From NCBI GenBank assembly GCA_025594325.1, contig JANHCV010000015.1, positions 124,001 to 188,000 on the forward strand: a stretch of DNA of 64,000 nucleotides, given 5' to 3'. The notes beneath the pieces are model-generated. The model worked only from the letters and a program-made list of their open reading frames with translations, was not told the DNA's origin and searched no databases. Both the position numbers and the translations under genes were made by a program. Below are positions 59,722-64,000 of this stretch, one piece after another (the first letter of the stretch is position 1; every line of letters starts with the position of its first letter). Source of the DNA: Blastocladiella emersonii ATCC 22665. Taxonomy: Eukaryota; Fungi; Blastocladiomycota.

Positions 59722-60792
59722 ATGGGTCGCACGCAGATCACCTCCGCCCAGCGCCAGGCCGTCGAGCAGCAGCAGCAGGCTCAGGCCGCCAACCCCAAGA
59801 ACATGATGCAGCAGCAGACTCAGGCCCAGAAGCAGCAGCAGCAGCAGGCCAAGCAGCAGCAGAACCAGCAGGGCCAGCAGAACAACCAGGCCCGCAAGCA
59901 GTCGATGCAGGGCCAGCAGAACCAGGCCGCGGCCGCCGCTGCCCGCCCGCAGTCGGCCCAGCTCAAGCAGCAGCAGCAGCAGCAGAAGGCCCAGGCCGCC
60001 CAGAACCAGGACAAGCAGATGCCGATGCAGCAGAAGCAGAACCAGGCCGCCGCCGCCGCCGCGCAGGTGTACCGCGCGACGCCCGTCCGCGAGCACCCCG
60101 ACGACGCGTTCCTGTCGGGCGCGTGGATGTTCGACGAGGCCCGCGTCCCGCAGTGGATGGCCAACCAGCTGCCCAAGCAGCAGCAGCAGTCGATGCAGCG
60201 CGCCCAGTCGGCGGCGCAGCCCCAGCAGATGCAGCAGGCTCAGGCGCGCAAGCAGTCGGCCGAGGCCCAGCCGATGCAGCAGATGCAGAACCAGCAGCAG
60301 AACGCAGCTGCCGCTGTGCGCGCGCAGTCGCCGCAACTCCAGGCCAAGCAGCAGCAGGCGCCGCAGATGATGGCCCGCGCCCAGTCGGCCCAGGCCCAGG
60401 CCCAGCCGGTGCAGATGCAGGCGCAGCAGCAGAACGCTCGCGCCCAGTCGCCCCAGCAGAAGCAGCAGCAGCAGGGCATGACCCAGCAGCAGATGCAGCT
60501 CCAGATGCAGATGCAGCAGGCGCAGCAGGCCCAGGCCAAGCAGATGATGCAGCAGCAGCAGCAGGCGCGCGCTCAGTCGGCTCAGGCCCAGCAGGCCCAG
60601 AAGCCCCAGGCCGCCCGCAAGCAGTCCATGCAGCAGCAGAGCCAGAACCAGATGGCCCAGCAGCAGCAGCAGCAGCAGCAGCGCGCTCAGTCGCCCCAGC
60701 AGCAGCAGAACCATGCCCGCAAGCAGTCGATGCAGGGCCAGCAGCAGCAGCAGAACGCTCGCCGCGCGTCGGCTGGCCCCAAGCGCTCGTAA
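59722..60792 (+). CDS. Gln-rich RxxS-repeat protein, short variant (356 aa)
   Basis: First ~281 codons are identical to 13145-14503. The C-terminal part differs and is shorter but ends in the same RRASAGPKRS. Confidence 0.85.
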   Translation: MGRTQITSAQRQAVEQQQQAQAANPKNMMQQQTQAQKQQQQQAKQQQNQQGQQNNQARKQSMQGQQNQAAAAAARPQSAQLKQQQQQQKAQAAQNQDKQMPMQQKQNQAAAAAAQVYRATPVREHPDDAFLSGAWMFDEARVPQWMANQLPKQQQQSMQRAQSAAQPQQMQQAQARKQSAEAQPMQQMQNQQQNAAAAVRAQSPQLQAKQQQAPQMMARAQSAQAQAQPVQMQAQQQNARAQSPQQKQQQQGMTQQQMQLQMQMQQAQQAQAKQMMQQQQQARAQSAQAQQAQKPQAARKQSMQQQSQNQMAQQQQQQQQRAQSPQQQQNHARKQSMQGQQQQQNARRASAGPKRS

Positions 60793-61042
60793 GCTCGCGC
60801 GCAACGTGGTCGCGCTCTCGCGACCTCGTATACCCGCCGGCAACGTACGCGTTGCGCAGGCACCGACCGGTGTGTTCTTGTGAAATATAATCGTGTCTCT
60901 TCTTCAAACTGGGTTTCTGATCGTGTTCGTGATGGAGCAACACTTGCCCGCGCTCAGCTCGAGTTGTTGAATGAAAGGGAATATTATTCAGCAATAGAGC
61001 TGTTGCAAAAGGAGCTAAGGGTACAACAATCAAACCACTCGC

Positions 61043-64000
61043 CTACGCGCACGCGGCCGAGACGAGCTCGACAGCCTCGAACCCGTATGACCCCGCAGCG
61101 AAATCACCAAAGCTGTACGCGTGGACGCGGTTCGCAGCCATGCCCGTGAACGACGCGAGCGGGACCTTGACACGGACGGGCTTCGCGGGGCCCATACCCG
61201 CGGGGGTGACGGGCACGACGAACCGATTGAGCGCGCTCATGGGCGACGACTGGCACGTCCCTGCTGCCGCGGTCGCGGCGAGCGCCTGCATCTCGAGGTT
61301 GAACTTGCCGCCGGCGGGGCCGCGCACCGTGAAGGCCAGGTGCGTGTACGGCGACACGTCGCGGCACTGCGCCGCCGTCGACAGCGTGCTCGCGTAGTAC
61401 ACACCGTTGGTCGCCGTCGCCGTGACCGTCAGGCGGCCCGCGGAGCGCGCGATCGCGGTCGCGGGCTCGCCGCCGGCCCACTGGTTCAGCGCGTTCTGGT
61501 CGGCGTTGGACGTGAACGACTCGACCGCGAGCTTGGTGCAGGTACCCGTCGGGACGGGCGTGGTCGTCGCGGTCGCGGTCGCCGTGGCGGTAGGCGTCGC
61601 CGTGGCCGTAGTCGCGGGCGGGTTCGCGCCGCACACGAGCTGGAGGTTGGTGAGCGTCCAGTCGACGTTCGCGCCGAACCCGGACAGGACGACGGCGTGG
61701 GCGCGCTTAAGGTCGGCGCCCGCGAACGCCGCGAGCGGGACGGTCGCAACCCCGTTCGCGACGTATCCGGTGAGCGCGACGCGGAACGTCGCGTCGGGGG
61801 CGCGCGCGGTGCAGTCGGCGTTGCGGAGCTGGAGCTCGAGGCCGGGGAGCGCGGCGCCGGCGGCGCTGGCCGTGATACCGAACGAGAGCGCCGCGAACGA
61901 CGAGATGTCGCGGCACGTGGCGCCGGCGAGGACCTCGGCAAAGTACGACGCGGCGGGCGTCGTGGTGCGCAGTGTCACCTTGTTGCCGCCGGGGTACGCG
62001 ATGGTCGCGCCCTCGCCGCCGGTCCACAGGCCGCCGAGCGCGTTGGCGCCCGCCTGCGCGAACGTGTCGATGACGAGCGGCGCGGTGCAGGTGCCCGGAG
62101 TGCCCGTCGCCGTCGGCGTGGCGGTCGTCGGGCCGGCCGTCGCGGTCGTGGTGGGGGTGGTACCGGCGCCGCACATGAACTGCATCTGGCTGAGGCGGAA
62201 CGGGGTGTTGACCTGCCAGTTGACGAGCGCGAGGGCGTGGCCGAGCTTGATGTTGGCGCCCGCGAACGCCGTCAGCGGGACCGTCGCGACGCCGTCCTTG
62301 ACGTACGGGCCGAGGGCGACCTTGAACGAGGCCGCGGGGTCGCGCGCGGTGCACGCGGCGGTGCGCTGCTGCAGCTCGAGCGTCGGGTAGGTCACCTGGG
62401 CGTTGGCGGTGGTCGGCGCGATGTTGAACTGGAGCGCCGAGTAGGCCGACAGGTCGCGGCACGACGCGCCGGCAATGTTGGACGCGAAATACGCGCCGGC
62501 GGCGGTCGCGGTCACCGTCATGGCGTTGCCCGCGTACGCGGCGTTCGCGAGCTCCGAGCCCGCCCACAGCTGGAGCGAGTTCTGCCCGGCCTGCGCGAAC
62601 GTGTCGACGACGAGCGGCGGGCACGTCGCGCCGCCGGTCTGTGTCGGCGCGGGCGTGGTGGTGGCGGTGCCCGTCGGGGTAGCGCCGGCGGCGCACGCGA
62701 GGCGGATCTCGCCGACGGCGAACTCGACGTTGAGCGGCCAGTCGCCGATGACGAGGGCGTGGCCGCGCTTGAGGTCGACGTTGGCGGCGAAGGCGGAGAG
62801 CGGGACCGTGGCGACGCCGTCCTTGACGTACTGCGCGATGGCGACCGTCGCCGACTGCGCCGGGTCGCGCGCCGTGCACGCGGCGTTGCGGCCCTGCAGC
62901 TGCAGGGTCGGGAAGGCCGCGGCGGTGCCCGTGGTGATCTGGCGGATCGAGAAGGTCACGGCCGAGTACACGGTCAGGTCGCGGCACGCCTGGCCGCCGA
63001 GGAGCGTCGCGAAATACGCGCCCGCGGCGGTCGCCTTGGCCGTCATGACGTTGTTGGCGTAGTTGCGGACCAGGCCTTCGGTGCCCGACCACACGCCGAG
63101 AGCGTTGCTAGATTGCGGGGGAAAAGGGCGAGAGAAGTGTCAGCAGAGTGGTCTCGGGCCACAAACGAGCGGTCTGAGCGCCAGCGACGCGTACCTGTCG
63201 GGGTTGGTGAAGGCATCGACGGGGAGCGGCGGGGCGGTGCACTGGCCGGGGGTGCCGGTGGGGTTGACGGGGCCGGTAGTCGTCGTAGTCGTCGGCGGCA
63301 GGTTGTTGCAGCGGTTGACGATGGCGAGGTCGTCCATGACGACCTGGTCGGTGAACGACGAGTACCCGTTGAAGAAGATGGAGAAGGCGCTGGCGGGGTT
63401 GTTGGAGATATCGGCGAGCGGGATGAGCACGTCCTGCTCGGCCCCCGTAAACACCTTCTCGGGCGTGTAGAGGTGGACCTTGACCGTCTTCTTGGGAACG
63501 TAGGCGGCGCAGTTGGCGTCCTTGGAGTCCATGCCGACCGAGTACTCGAACCCGCGCGGCGCCGTGACCTTGAACGACAGGTGCGTGAACTGCGACGCGT
63601 CGAAGCACTGCACCGTGTTGCCGAGCAGCGAGTACCAGTACGTATTGGCCGACTGCGCCTGCGACACGAGCTTGTTGTTGACGATCTCGAACCGCGTCAG
63701 GAACTCGCCCTCCTGCAGCAGGCCGAGCAGCGACTTGGGCGACGTGGCGTGGTTGAAGTCGTCGACGACGAGCGCCTTGTACCGGCACGTCGTGTCGGGG
63801 CACGTATCGCTGCCGATGGCCGGGACCGCGAGCGAGTACGCGGCGACGGGCGCCGCCTTGAACGACGACTCGCCGACGCTGGTGACGGCCGAAACGTAGA
63901 ACTCGCACTGCGACCCGACGTCGACGTTGATCGAGTAGGTCGTCGACGTCACGGGCACCATGCCCGACGAGAACGGCGGGACCGTTGCGCCGAACTTGAT
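61043..64000 (-). CDS. Modular, probably extracellular protein: FN3-like segment plus five ~150-aa CBM-like beta-sandwich repeats with Thr/Pro linkers (5' end outside the window)
   Basis: The frame is open to base 64000. Intron 63108-63194 joins FTNPDS|NALGVWSG. Repeats follow L(V)VDxF..N(A)LG..YF..C(R)DxSxY..LxF..C..VPLxxF. EFYVSAVTSVGES matches the FN3 C-terminal strand pattern. Confidence 0.85.

Larger units (their letters stand above)
48284..60566. repeat. Right arm of the 12,283-bp inverted repeat
   Basis: Reverse complement of 13659-25941. Confidence 0.97.

Noticed and set aside
13659-60566. Arms as terminal inverted repeats of a giant transposon, Starship or endogenous virus
   Set aside because: No transposase, tyrosine recombinase, integrase, polB or capsid ORF is seen. 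The spacer holds ordinary intron-containing housekeeping genes, and the arm ends fall inside host genes.
1-64000. rRNA, tRNA and CRISPR arrays
   Set aside because: None recognised by eye. tRNAscan-SE and Infernal were not run, so small ncRNAs could be missed.

Overview
GC-rich eukaryotic DNA with short GT..AG introns (typically gtacgc donor, ctaac/ctgac branch). It looks like an early-diverging fungus, possibly Blastocladiomycota; that placement is inference only. Recognisable genes are PGK, PDH E1-beta, an Ariadne RBR ligase, a subtilisin, RPS29, RPN3 and a PAQR receptor. The dominant structure is a giant inverted duplication. 13659-25941 and 48284-60566 (12,283 bp each) are reverse complements with a constant coordinate sum of 74225, so there are no net indels, and they flank a 22.3-kb single-copy spacer that holds housekeeping genes. 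Identity ends abruptly at CAG/AGC triplet runs inside the two terminal genes, while clearly diverged homology continues beyond both ends. This suggests an older duplication homogenised by arm-to-arm conversion, although assembly collapse must be excluded. Each arm carries a Gln-rich protein with RxxS repeats, a 4-TM protein, a decayed multi-intron gene, an orphan spliced gene, three paralogous coiled-coil orphans and a PAQR. Other notable items: a ~55-bp cis-module shared between the arms and the upstream region of a ~2,615-aa Ser/Thr-rich multi-TM orphan, a disrupted F-box-like paralog pair, and a protein with FN3 plus five CBM-like modules that runs off the right edge. Identity was judged from the mirrored ORF track and nucleotide spot checks, not from a full alignment.
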